From an uncultured Verrucomicrobiota bacterium (lineage in GTDB: Bacteria > Verrucomicrobiota > Kiritimatiellia > JAAZAB01): a DNA stretch of 48,520 nt. Shown one piece after another: positions 24,953 to 34,080 of the stretch. The notes beneath the pieces were generated by a model. That model was not told the origin of the DNA. It saw only the letters and a list, made by a program, of their open reading frames with translations, and did no database searches. Numbering within the stretch: position 1 is the first letter of the stretch; each line of letters opens with the position of its first letter. The translations under genes and the position numbers were made by a program. The stretch is taken from the NCBI GenBank assembly GCA_964458525.1, contig CAYWJE010000001.1, forward strand, positions 1 through 48,520, in the 5' to 3' direction.

Positions 24953-27900
24953 ATGCAAACATTCATTAATATGGAGCGAAGCGCGGACGGAACAAGGGTT
25001 GACACGGGCGGAATGCATTTTGAGCTGGGCGACGATTGCGTTCTGCGCCATCTGCGCGCGGGCAATAAGACGATCGTGGCCGAAAACACCGCTCCGCTGC
25101 TCTCCGCATGGATATTCGAGTCGCGCGATTATGACGGACGGCGCGATGCCGCTTCCGGCGCTGCGATCAGAGGAAAGTGGCTTCCAGACAAGCACGTCTG
25201 TTCGATGGAAGGCGGACTGTTTCGCGCCGAATACACCGGCCGGATTGATTTCGGATCGGGTGATGCGCTGGAGTGCACGGTACGCCTGGGCGCCTCGGAT
25301 GGAAGCGCCCTGCTCCGGACAACCGTAGGCGTTTCACCGATTGGCTCCTTTTTTAACCGCTTCATCCGCGGGGTTTCTCTGCATGTTCCGCTCGTCCTCG
25401 ACCGCAGGAAACGTGTCCGCCAGGCCGGCGACCGCGGAGTGCGTTGGAACACTCGCCACTGGTATCAATTCTGTGTCGGAACACGCGGCGAGTTGATGGC
25501 CGAGCCGGAGCATAATATCTGGCGGCTGTTCGCGACGGACCAGAACACGGCCCGCGATTTTCATATATGGCGCGCCGAGAGTCCGGCGACCTGCGCGCTT
25601 ACGATGCAGCGCGGCATCCGCGCGCCGGGCTGGATGGCGGCGCATGATCGGGACGGCGGCCTGGTCTTCGGATATCGCGGTTTCGCGGAACGCGCCCCGA
25701 AATCGTTGCGGGTGGACGCGGAAAACGGCGGCGCTGCGGAGATTTGTCTGTGGCATGAGGGGCTTCCGGCTCTCGACGTCCGCGCGCCGGATGCCGCGGC
25801 GGTGTTCGGCGAACCGCACGTGTGCGGCTGGCAATTTTTTGAAGGCCAATTCGATGAAACGCAGCCCGCGCCGGAACTCGAACAAGCTTTGAGGCTTACC
25901 TGCGCCGACAGCCCGAGCGCGAACAAACCGTTTGAAGTCCTTCCGTCGGACGCGCCGGCCGCCGATTCGGAGGCGCCATTGGTGTCCGGCGGCGTGCCGT
26001 TGCCCAGAGGCGCGCTCAAGGACGCCTCCAATGTGCGGTTGCGCCGAGACGGGTCGGATATCCCGCTACAGAGCCGCGCTCTCGGATATTGGCCCGACGG
26101 CTACATCAAATGGTTGTTGCTCACGTTTCCGGCGGATGGCGGCGAAACGGACGGCGCGGACGGGGAAGGGGAAGCTTTGTCGTTCGATCTGACCAGGCGA
26201 GATGGAAGCAGGCGCGGTTACCGCCTGGATTATGGCGGCGACGCCCGGTCCGGCAAACCCCGCGTCCGGCTCGAAGCGGAGATGAAAGAGGCGAATACAG
26301 TCTCAATAGATACCGGTCCTTTGCGCTTGACCATTCGTCCGGGCGAACGCTGGCTGGCCTCCGCCGTGTTCCAAGGCCGCGAGATGCTCGCGGACGGCGG
26401 CGCTCGTTCGTTCGTGGATTTTCTGCGCGTCTCGGATCCATATAAGTGCATGACGACCCATGCCCAGGGCGAGCCGGACGACGGCCCGTTTGCCGCTGAA
26501 ACCGCGGAGTTGGAGGAGGCCGGCCCCTTAAGGGCCGTTGTGCGCATTGAGGGCAAAACGACCTCGCGTGAGCCGGCCCGCGTTATCATCCGCATCGAGG
26601 CCTATGCCGGACGCTCGACTGTTCGCATATTTCATTCGGTCGAATTTCTTCATCAGGATCCGCGCGCGGCGTTCGTGCGCCGGATGGGCATCGAGCTGCC
26701 GTTGACGCCGATGGAAGACATCCGCGTCAGCGTGGGCGGAGAGACCGGCGCCAGCCCGGCGGCATCCTGCGCAAGCGCCGGATTGATTCATCACAGCCAC
26801 CTTGGATACCGGGCATGGAGCCGACGGGAAGGCGAGCGTTTCATGCGCACCGATGAGATCAAGAACCGATCCCGCGGCTGGATCAATCTGCGCGGCGGTT
26901 CCGGCGGCATTGCCCTGATGCTTAGGAACATGTGGCAACAGTTTCCCAACGAACTGATCGCCGATACCGTCGAACCGCGGCTGACCGCCGGACTATGGCC
27001 GGAGAGCGCGCCGGTTATGGACGTGCGGCGCTACTCGAACTATCCGCACCCCAGCCAGGGCGAATGCACTCCGCCGGGTTTCAGTAACTGGGTGGCCGAA
27101 CGTTATTACGGACACGACCCGTTCGTCGGCGTCTCGAAGACGCACGAATTGCTCCTGTATTTCCACGGATCGGACGCCGACGAAGCGAATATAGACGCCA
27201 TCGCCGCCGATTTCAACCGGCCGCCGCTGGTCTATTGCGGCGGCGATTGGTATGTGCGGACTGGCGTGATCCTGCCGCAGTCTTCTCCGTCGAGCGCCGA
27301 CTTTCCGCTGATGCACGCCAATCTCGATCATTACGCCCGATTCTGGCTCCATCACCAGAAACTCTGGGGCTGGTACGGCATCTGGGACTATGGCGACATC
27401 ATCCATATGTATAAATTCGGCTTGGGCACGATCGTGCCTGATGATAAGCTGGTGGAACTTATAGAACACGGCGAATGGCGCACGGCGGCCGATATCAAGA
27501 CCGGGATTGACGCAACTGAATGGAAAGTCCGGGATTACGCCCCAGACAATGAATGGGCCTTCGACAACGGACGCTGGGGCTGGACCAACACCGAAGGTCT
27601 GCCCGGCATGTTCATGCAGAACCAGTACATGCGCACGGGCGACCGCGAGATATTCTTCTTTGCCGAGGCCATGGCGCGTCATTCCCGTGACGTGGATATG
27701 CGCCATGCCGGCAGGTTTTTCGGACGGGGCACGCGCCATGGCGTGCAGCACTGGAGCGACGGCGATCACGAAGAACGGCAGACCACGCATTCCGAGTTCC
27801 GGTATGTGTACGCGCTGACCGGCGACAATCGCTGCCGTGATGTCGCGCGCAGGCTGTTCGACGGTTTTTATTCGAAACGCGATTTGCGGCAGCATGCGGA

Positions 27901-28603
27901 CCACAGCGGCCGGTTGCAGGGTCTGCTGGCCTGGTGGGAAATGAGCGGCAGCCGAGATGTCGCGGCTATGATTGCGAAATACGTGCCGGCATTCATCTTG
28001 CCGGACGGCATAGTCGAATCGCCCGAGGTCTGCTTCTCCGACATGACCTGCTTGTCAAGGGATCCCGGCGACATCAATGCCGGCAACATGTTCTTCTGGA
28101 CCTTCGGCGCCGCCCACGGACTGCTGGAATACTATTACCTGATCGCCGGAGACACGGAGTGCGCCGCGTTGGCCGATCGGCTCCGCAATGCGCTTGTTCG
28201 ATCGGCGGAACACGCGCTGGACGGCTCGCTCCCACGCAACCTGCTCAAGGCCGTGGCCTTTGCCGCCCGTCACGCCGATGACCCCGCGCCTTTCAAGGAA
28301 CGTCTGCGTCAAGAGGTGAAAGATGAACCCTTCTTCACCCGGGTAGTTCCCCATGATCCCGAACAGTATTCCGGAGCGCGCGGTTATATCCGCGGCAACG
28401 TTTCCGGCTCGCTGTTTATCATGAATGCGATCGTCTATCTGCTGTCCGCGCTTGACGGCGAGCCGGCAGTGGCGTACAATGAAAATCAAGAGTTTCATAA
28501 CGGCGGTGACGGACCATTTCACGCATCCGAATTGAGCTGGCAATCGGAATACGACCGGCCGGAATTACGGGAATATCTGCAAATCCGATATCCGCAACCT
28601 TGA
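24953..28603 (+). CDS. L-family large protein, full length (1216 aa), no signal peptide; possibly a YetA/PL26-like lyase or hydrolase fold
   Basis: Long ORF with coding-type composition. Paralogous to 2..1216 and 31563..34022. Blocks: GGVPLPRGALKDASNVRLRRDGSDIPLQSRALGYWPDGYIKWLLL, WAFDNGRWGWTNTEGLPGMF, FFAEAMARHSRDVDMRH, HWSDGDHEERQT. The functional family is recalled, not verified. Confidence 0.75.
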   Translation: MQTFINMERSADGTRVDTGGMHFELGDDCVLRHLRAGNKTIVAENTAPLLSAWIFESRDYDGRRDAASGAAIRGKWLPDKHVCSMEGGLFRAEYTGRIDFGSGDALECTVRLGASDGSALLRTTVGVSPIGSFFNRFIRGVSLHVPLVLDRRKRVRQAGDRGVRWNTRHWYQFCVGTRGELMAEPEHNIWRLFATDQNTARDFHIWRAESPATCALTMQRGIRAPGWMAAHDRDGGLVFGYRGFAERAPKSLRVDAENGGAAEICLWHEGLPALDVRAPDAAAVFGEPHVCGWQFFEGQFDETQPAPELEQALRLTCADSPSANKPFEVLPSDAPAADSEAPLVSGGVPLPRGALKDASNVRLRRDGSDIPLQSRALGYWPDGYIKWLLLTFPADGGETDGADGEGEALSFDLTRRDGSRRGYRLDYGGDARSGKPRVRLEAEMKEANTVSIDTGPLRLTIRPGERWLASAVFQGREMLADGGARSFVDFLRVSDPYKCMTTHAQGEPDDGPFAAETAELEEAGPLRAVVRIEGKTTSREPARVIIRIEAYAGRSTVRIFHSVEFLHQDPRAAFVRRMGIELPLTPMEDIRVSVGGETGASPAASCASAGLIHHSHLGYRAWSRREGERFMRTDEIKNRSRGWINLRGGSGGIALMLRNMWQQFPNELIADTVEPRLTAGLWPESAPVMDVRRYSNYPHPSQGECTPPGFSNWVAERYYGHDPFVGVSKTHELLLYFHGSDADEANIDAIAADFNRPPLVYCGGDWYVRTGVILPQSSPSSADFPLMHANLDHYARFWLHHQKLWGWYGIWDYGDIIHMYKFGLGTIVPDDKLVELIEHGEWRTAADIKTGIDATEWKVRDYAPDNEWAFDNGRWGWTNTEGLPGMFMQNQYMRTGDREIFFFAEAMARHSRDVDMRHAGRFFGRGTRHGVQHWSDGDHEERQTTHSEFRYVYALTGDNRCRDVARRLFDGFYSKRDLRQHADHSGRLQGLLAWWEMSGSRDVAAMIAKYVPAFILPDGIVESPEVCFSDMTCLSRDPGDINAGNMFFWTFGAAHGLLEYYYLIAGDTECAALADRLRNALVRSAEHALDGSLPRNLLKAVAFAARHADDPAPFKERLRQEVKDEPFFTRVVPHDPEQYSGARGYIRGNVSGSLFIMNAIVYLLSALDGEPAVAYNENQEFHNGGDGPFHASELSWQSEYDRPELREYLQIRYPQP

Positions 28604-28639
28604 TTGACCGGACGCTTTTGATGATAATGGAGGAGAATC

Positions 28640-31360
28640 ATGAGACAGTTGCAGGCTGAACAACATTCGGGAGGATCGCGCAAGTTGATCGCGGCGGTCG
28701 TCATGCTGTCGTTTCTGCTTGCCGACGGCGCTTTGGCCGCCGCGAAATACTGGATCGGTCCCGCTTCAGGAAGCTTTGCGGCCGACGCTCACTGGTCGCT
28801 GTCGTCGGGCGGCGGAAACGACACCACGGCGCCGGGCTCGTCCGATGTCGCCGTGTTCGACGACGGCGGCGCGGCTGATTGCAGCATTGATTCCGGCATC
28901 ACCGTACAGGGTCTGGAGATACATAGCGGGTATTCGGGCTCGATCACCCAGTACGCGGGCGCGTCCATTGGCGTCGGGACATCCGGCTACGCCCAGGCCG
29001 ACGGGTCATTCGCGGGCGGGAACGCCGATTTGACGACCGAATATTTCACCCTTTCCGGCGGCGCGTTCACCGCGCCGGCGGGCACGCTCAATATTCAGAA
29101 CACCTCCGGCGGCTCCGCGAACAAAACCAACTTCACCTGGACGGGCGGAACTTTCAGTCATAACGGCGGAACCCTGCGATTCAGAACCTGGCTTGCAGTC
29201 AACAGCTATCCCATCCACACCATCAATCTGAACGGCGGCTCGCTCACCGTGAACAACCTCATAGTCACCGGCGGTAATTATCCCGCCTATGGAAGGCATA
29301 TGACATACAGTCTGGGCGCGGCCGACAAGTTCATCGTCGAGGGCGACCTGACCCTTGAGGGCGATGTGCCGGCGAGTCAATATGCGACACTGTATTTATC
29401 GAACGGCGTTATTGAAGTTCACGGCAACTTGACCGTGAACCCCGGGATACTCGGCGGAACCACCGCCGTGAAATTGGTCGGCGCCGCGGATCAGACGTAC
29501 ACCTACACAGGCGGCACTAATCAGAACAGCATTGAGATAGACAAAACGGCGGGAAGTGTCAGCCCCGCGCCGGGAACGACGGATTTCCCGGCAAAGGCAC
29601 TCACGCTCACGCTGGCCGACGGCGCTTTTATCGCGCCCGCCGGGTTGTTCGAGGCCTCTACCAGCTATGTTCAAAATGACGGCGTTTTCACTCCGGGCGC
29701 GGGCGACGTGAGCGTGGGGTCCTTCACTCTCAACGGCGGCACATTCACCGCGCCGACAGGCATCATGGCCATCGCATGCACAACAGCCGGCGCAACGGAT
29801 GTATTCGCGCTGGCCGGTGGAACATTCAATCATAACGGCGGAACCCTGCGGTTCAGCTCCTGGTTCTCTTCCTTGGCCTCTATAATTCACGGTATTGTTC
29901 TTAACGGCACGCTGACGGTGAACAACCTTGAGTATACCGGCGGGAACACACTTTTCGGCGCCACCCGGTATGTGAGTTACAGCCTTGGCGCCGCGGACAA
30001 GTTTATTGTTGAAGGCAACCTGCTGCTGGGAGAGGATTGGGATCGTGATCCGGACGCCTTGAGCAAAGCGGATAACGGGAGCATTGAGCTTTACGGTAAT
30101 TTGACAGTCATTGGCACCCCGGCCATCGGCGACAGTCATGGCGACGGCCCGTCCGGGACAGCCGGCGGAAGCACCGTTCTTAAATTACTCGGAGACGCGG
30201 ATCAGACCTATACTTATACTGGCGGGATCATTCAGGACGCCTTGGAAATAGACAAAACAGGCGGCTCCGTTACGCCCGGCCTTGAAGGGATGGATTTCCC
30301 TGCCAAGCTCTTCACCCTCACCAGCGGCGAATTCACGGCGCCGGGCAGACTGTTCAGCGCTTCCTCCGACTACGTCCAAAACGGCGGCGTTTTCATTCCA
30401 GGCACGGGCGATGTGAGCGTGCAGAACTTCCACCTGAACGACGGCACGTTCACGGCCCCCGCCGGAACGATGTCCGTCACGAACACATACACAGGCAGCA
30501 GAACGATATTCAAGCTGGCCGGCGGCCAATTCATAGAGAATAACGTCTCAATGGAATTCAGGTCCTGGGTCAGAATTAATTCTTACTGGGTCAACACTAT
30601 TGACCTGGGCGGGACGACCGTGACCGTGAGCAATCTTGTTTTCAGCGGCGGCAATTGGATGAATCAACCCAACTGGACCGTTGCCTACGCGCTTGGAGCG
30701 GACGATACGCTGGTTGTCCGGGGGAACTTGCTGATGGAGAGCGACATGTTGAGAGATACGAACGCCAAGATTCGCGTGGATGCCGACCTTGACCTTCATG
30801 GCGATCTCGCCGTGAATCCCGGAGTCTACGGCGGAGCCGCTTCAATCAGGTTTTTCGGAGACAGGGCGCAGTCCTTGACGCAGACCGGCGGCACGCCGCC
30901 GACTAACTTATGGACTCTGGACAAGAGCGGCGGAAGCCTCTCACTCGCCACCGACTTTTCGATGTCGGGCAAGACGCAGGATTTGTCGTGGGTGCGCGGG
31001 ACTCTGAACCTCAACTCGAATGTTCTGAGCGTGGGCCGGAACGTGACCGTTGACCCCGGCACGGGCGCGCTGGGCGTGACGGTTGCCGACGCGGCCGCTG
31101 CCGGCAGGCTCGTGGTCACCGGCGCGTTGACAGGCATAGAGAAGCTGGACCTGAACGTGGCGGTGACGGCGACGACGGAAGAAACCGCGGGGCGAAGCTA
31201 CGTGATACTCAGCAACAACACACCGCTTGCCGCCCAGTTCGCGGCCGTGAAGTGGCCGGGCGCCTGGCGGGGCGAAGTTGACTACACCGGCAATGGAGGA
31301 CGTGAGGCGATGCTGTTCAATCTGCAGAAATCGCGCGGAACGAAGTTCATATTCAGGTGA
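28640..31360 (+). CDS. Secreted repeat protein (beta-helix / adhesin-like) with a C-terminal (P)RG tail
   Basis: GGAGG before the ATG at 28640. Signal peptide KLIAAVVMLSFLLADGALAAA. N-terminal KYWIGPASGSFAADAHWS. Three ~230-aa tandem repeats. Ends LQKSRGTKFIFR. Confidence 0.75.
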   Translation: MRQLQAEQHSGGSRKLIAAVVMLSFLLADGALAAAKYWIGPASGSFAADAHWSLSSGGGNDTTAPGSSDVAVFDDGGAADCSIDSGITVQGLEIHSGYSGSITQYAGASIGVGTSGYAQADGSFAGGNADLTTEYFTLSGGAFTAPAGTLNIQNTSGGSANKTNFTWTGGTFSHNGGTLRFRTWLAVNSYPIHTINLNGGSLTVNNLIVTGGNYPAYGRHMTYSLGAADKFIVEGDLTLEGDVPASQYATLYLSNGVIEVHGNLTVNPGILGGTTAVKLVGAADQTYTYTGGTNQNSIEIDKTAGSVSPAPGTTDFPAKALTLTLADGAFIAPAGLFEASTSYVQNDGVFTPGAGDVSVGSFTLNGGTFTAPTGIMAIACTTAGATDVFALAGGTFNHNGGTLRFSSWFSSLASIIHGIVLNGTLTVNNLEYTGGNTLFGATRYVSYSLGAADKFIVEGNLLLGEDWDRDPDALSKADNGSIELYGNLTVIGTPAIGDSHGDGPSGTAGGSTVLKLLGDADQTYTYTGGIIQDALEIDKTGGSVTPGLEGMDFPAKLFTLTSGEFTAPGRLFSASSDYVQNGGVFIPGTGDVSVQNFHLNDGTFTAPAGTMSVTNTYTGSRTIFKLAGGQFIENNVSMEFRSWVRINSYWVNTIDLGGTTVTVSNLVFSGGNWMNQPNWTVAYALGADDTLVVRGNLLMESDMLRDTNAKIRVDADLDLHGDLAVNPGVYGGAASIRFFGDRAQSLTQTGGTPPTNLWTLDKSGGSLSLATDFSMSGKTQDLSWVRGTLNLNSNVLSVGRNVTVDPGTGALGVTVADAAAAGRLVVTGALTGIEKLDLNVAVTATTEETAGRSYVILSNNTPLAAQFAAVKWPGAWRGEVDYTGNGGREAMLFNLQKSRGTKFIFR
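29045..31130 (+). repeat. Three tandem ~226-235-aa coding repeats inside the 906-aa protein
   Basis: Units start at 29045 (FTLSGGAFTAPAGT), 29723 (FTLNGGTFTAPTGI) and 30428 (FHLNDGTFTAPAGT). Each contains GGTF.HNGGTLRF..W, (L)TVNNL..TGGN, YSLGAADKFIVEGNL, TYTYTGG...EIDKT.GSV.P. The end of unit 3 is approximate. Confidence 0.6.
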
Positions 31361-31562
31361 ATCGGCGGAGCGGAAAGAATTGAACCGAGAAGGCGCAAGG
31401 GGGGAAGGTTTGATGGACGCAGCGCAAGCTGTCGCGTCCGCGTTCCCGGGAATCCCGTCAAGAAAATCTTAACTGCCCGATTCAGGTTGAACGAAGCGCA
31501 GGCACGTGAATTCGAACAAATCCGCGAAAACGGCAAACCGCGCGAGGGAAGGGAAGGCAAAT

Positions 31563-34022
31563 ATGACATTTGTTGCTTCAGTATGTGTGGAAGAGACGCT
31601 GGGAATTGAACGTATCCAAGAACCCGTGCTTGGGGGAATTCCCGTTGCAAAAGGACAGATCAGGCAGGAACGGGCAGGACATTTCGTTCTGAAGAATGCG
31701 CATGGCAAAGGGTTTCCTTTCCAGGGTTCGCCGGCCGCTTATTGGCCTGATCGGTCCGTGAAGTGGCTGCATCTGTGCGGGCAGCTCAACCTTCAGGGCG
31801 GAAAACGCAATATGTTTACGGTCGAGGCGGACGAAAATGAGCAAGAACCGGATTTTACAGCCGAAGGAGGAGATCGCTTTATCAGAATCCGGGGAGGTGT
31901 CCTCGATGTAAACATTGGCGCCGACGTATGCGAGATTCTTACCGTCAGTGATACGGCAAGCGGCAACATGCTTGTGAAGTCGCCGGGGCTTTCCTTCCGC
32001 ATGTCGGCCTGCGGTCCGGAACGCAGGAATACGAGGGAGCTTGCCTTCGAACTCGATCCTGGGATGCCGCGGCTCGTGGTTGACGGGCGGAACCGCAAGG
32101 TGGTGCGTCTGTCCGGCCGAATGTTGGATTCAGGGGCGAGAGAAATAATGCTCGTGAGGCTCTTCGTCGAGGTCTTTCGGAATGTCTACAGGATCGGAAT
32201 CCAACCCGTTTTTATTTTTACAGGTATTCCCGAGGAAGATCTGATTGTCGGATCCGAACTCGTCGTTCACGGCGCAATGGGATGCAACGGTCTGCATTAC
32301 TCGTTCGGCAACAGCAGGGGAAGTGGATACTCCGACCGCGTTCGTCCCTACGAACTCGGACCCAGGTGGCCGCAAGCTCGTCAACTGCAGTTGGGTTCCA
32401 CGTTCTATAAAACGGAAAAACGCGTATCGCCCCGAGGGTCATGGGTAAAAGCCCTTGAAGGATCTCGCGCGCAGGGATGGTGTCATCTCGGCGATGCAGA
32501 TAAGGGCATTACAGCGGCAATGCGCTACTACTGGCAGGAATACCCCAGGTCTCTGGCTGTTGACGCGGATGCGGGCACATTGACGTTTGGCCTGTGGCCG
32601 GTGGAGGCTGAACCGCTCGACATGAGGCGGTATTCTCCGACTTCGCACGGCCCGTGTTCCTATCGGCCGGACATCATGATCTATGAATCCGGTTCCGGTC
32701 CTTTCCCAAGCCGCGAAATGGGGTCGGCGGGTACAGCCAAGTCACATGAACTGGCCTTGAATTTTCATGCTGCCGGCGCCGATGACATAACGGAACGTGC
32801 TCTTTCATTTATCACCCCGTGCCGGATCATGGCTGACCCCGGCAGTCTGGCGGAGAGTCGGGTCCTCGGTCGGCTGGTTCCGATGGACAAACCCCGGCCG
32901 AACGCCTCCGACAAATGGATCAGCAGGGCGATGGACTTCTATGTCGCGGAGCGGGATGTGCGTGGATGGTATGGTCAGATCGATTTCGGCGACGTGATGA
33001 TGCGTTATCGTGCCGAGACGGACAGGTGGGCTTTTGATGAGGGCGGGCGTGCATGGATGAATACCGAACTCAGGCCTGACTACGGCATGTGGCTTAATGC
33101 GCTTCGCGCCGCGCGGTCCGACTGGCTGGAAGCCGCCATCGAGATGACGCGGCACAACCGGGACGTGGACATGTACCATGCAGGCCCCCTGAAGGGCTTT
33201 GGTTCCCGCCACAACGTGAGCCACTGGGGCTGCCAGTGCAAGGACAGGCGCATAAGCATGCCGATCTCACATCGGCTTCACTATTTCCTGACCGCCGATC
33301 CATGGACCTTGGAAGTGATTCGCGAGACAGCTTCGACACTGGACGGAAGAGGGACGATAGAACATGAACTGGCGCCTTGGGGAACATCGGTTGTTTGCAC
33401 GCGCCACGTTCTGTGGGAGCTGAGCGGAAAGGAAGAAGACGGGAAGGTTGTAAAGAAACTCGCCGACCTGATGGTAAATGCGTTCAATCCTGATGGCGCG
33501 CTGTATGCCCGCCTGAAGCTCGATCCGGAGACCGGCGAGGGAGACATCTTCACGGATGAACAACTTTCGAATACCACTTTCTTTTACGCATTCGGCGGAC
33601 AACATGTACTGCTCGAGATGATTCAACTCCTGAACCATACCGGTCTGTCCCGGGCTGTTCTCCGACATGTGGAGTATCTTATAGGCGTGGAAGAGAGCTC
33701 AAATGAGACAACGATAGGCACAAACCCTATTCCGCTCCTCTCCTATGCTCTTGAGAAGACCGGCAACAAAGCCATCGGGGAGATAATTGACAGGATTGTG
33801 GCGGGAAGGAATTTCACGACCGTATCCGCCGGAGGGGAGGGAATCCTGGATGAGCCTCCACATCGGATCGCTCCGGATGTTCCAAACAGTATCAACTTCA
33901 CGGGGGTCATAGGCACTTTCCTGCAGATGATCCCCTACCATCCGGCATCACGATCACACGACGGGAAGTCCCCGGGCAAAAAGAACGAGTATGAGGACAA
34001 ATCCCAAAAACCAGATTGTTGA
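31563..34022 (+). CDS. L-family protein, short divergent paralog (about 820 aa), no signal peptide
   Basis: The ATG at 31563 is in frame with ORF 31506..34022. GGIPVAKGQIRQERAGHFVLKNAHGKGFPFQGSPAAYWPDRSVKWLHL aligns with aa ~340 onward of the 1216-aa paralog. WAFDEGGRAWMNTELRPDYGMW and MTRHNRDVDMYH align with its C-terminal blocks. Confidence 0.7.
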   Translation: MTFVASVCVEETLGIERIQEPVLGGIPVAKGQIRQERAGHFVLKNAHGKGFPFQGSPAAYWPDRSVKWLHLCGQLNLQGGKRNMFTVEADENEQEPDFTAEGGDRFIRIRGGVLDVNIGADVCEILTVSDTASGNMLVKSPGLSFRMSACGPERRNTRELAFELDPGMPRLVVDGRNRKVVRLSGRMLDSGAREIMLVRLFVEVFRNVYRIGIQPVFIFTGIPEEDLIVGSELVVHGAMGCNGLHYSFGNSRGSGYSDRVRPYELGPRWPQARQLQLGSTFYKTEKRVSPRGSWVKALEGSRAQGWCHLGDADKGITAAMRYYWQEYPRSLAVDADAGTLTFGLWPVEAEPLDMRRYSPTSHGPCSYRPDIMIYESGSGPFPSREMGSAGTAKSHELALNFHAAGADDITERALSFITPCRIMADPGSLAESRVLGRLVPMDKPRPNASDKWISRAMDFYVAERDVRGWYGQIDFGDVMMRYRAETDRWAFDEGGRAWMNTELRPDYGMWLNALRAARSDWLEAAIEMTRHNRDVDMYHAGPLKGFGSRHNVSHWGCQCKDRRISMPISHRLHYFLTADPWTLEVIRETASTLDGRGTIEHELAPWGTSVVCTRHVLWELSGKEEDGKVVKKLADLMVNAFNPDGALYARLKLDPETGEGDIFTDEQLSNTTFFYAFGGQHVLLEMIQLLNHTGLSRAVLRHVEYLIGVEESSNETTIGTNPIPLLSYALEKTGNKAIGEIIDRIVAGRNFTTVSAGGEGILDEPPHRIAPDVPNSINFTGVIGTFLQMIPYHPASRSHDGKSPGKKNEYEDKSQKPDC

Positions 34023-34080
34023 ACCATCCCGAAAAATCTTGACCGCCGAATGTCGATCGAACAACGGGAGCAGGGCGCAG

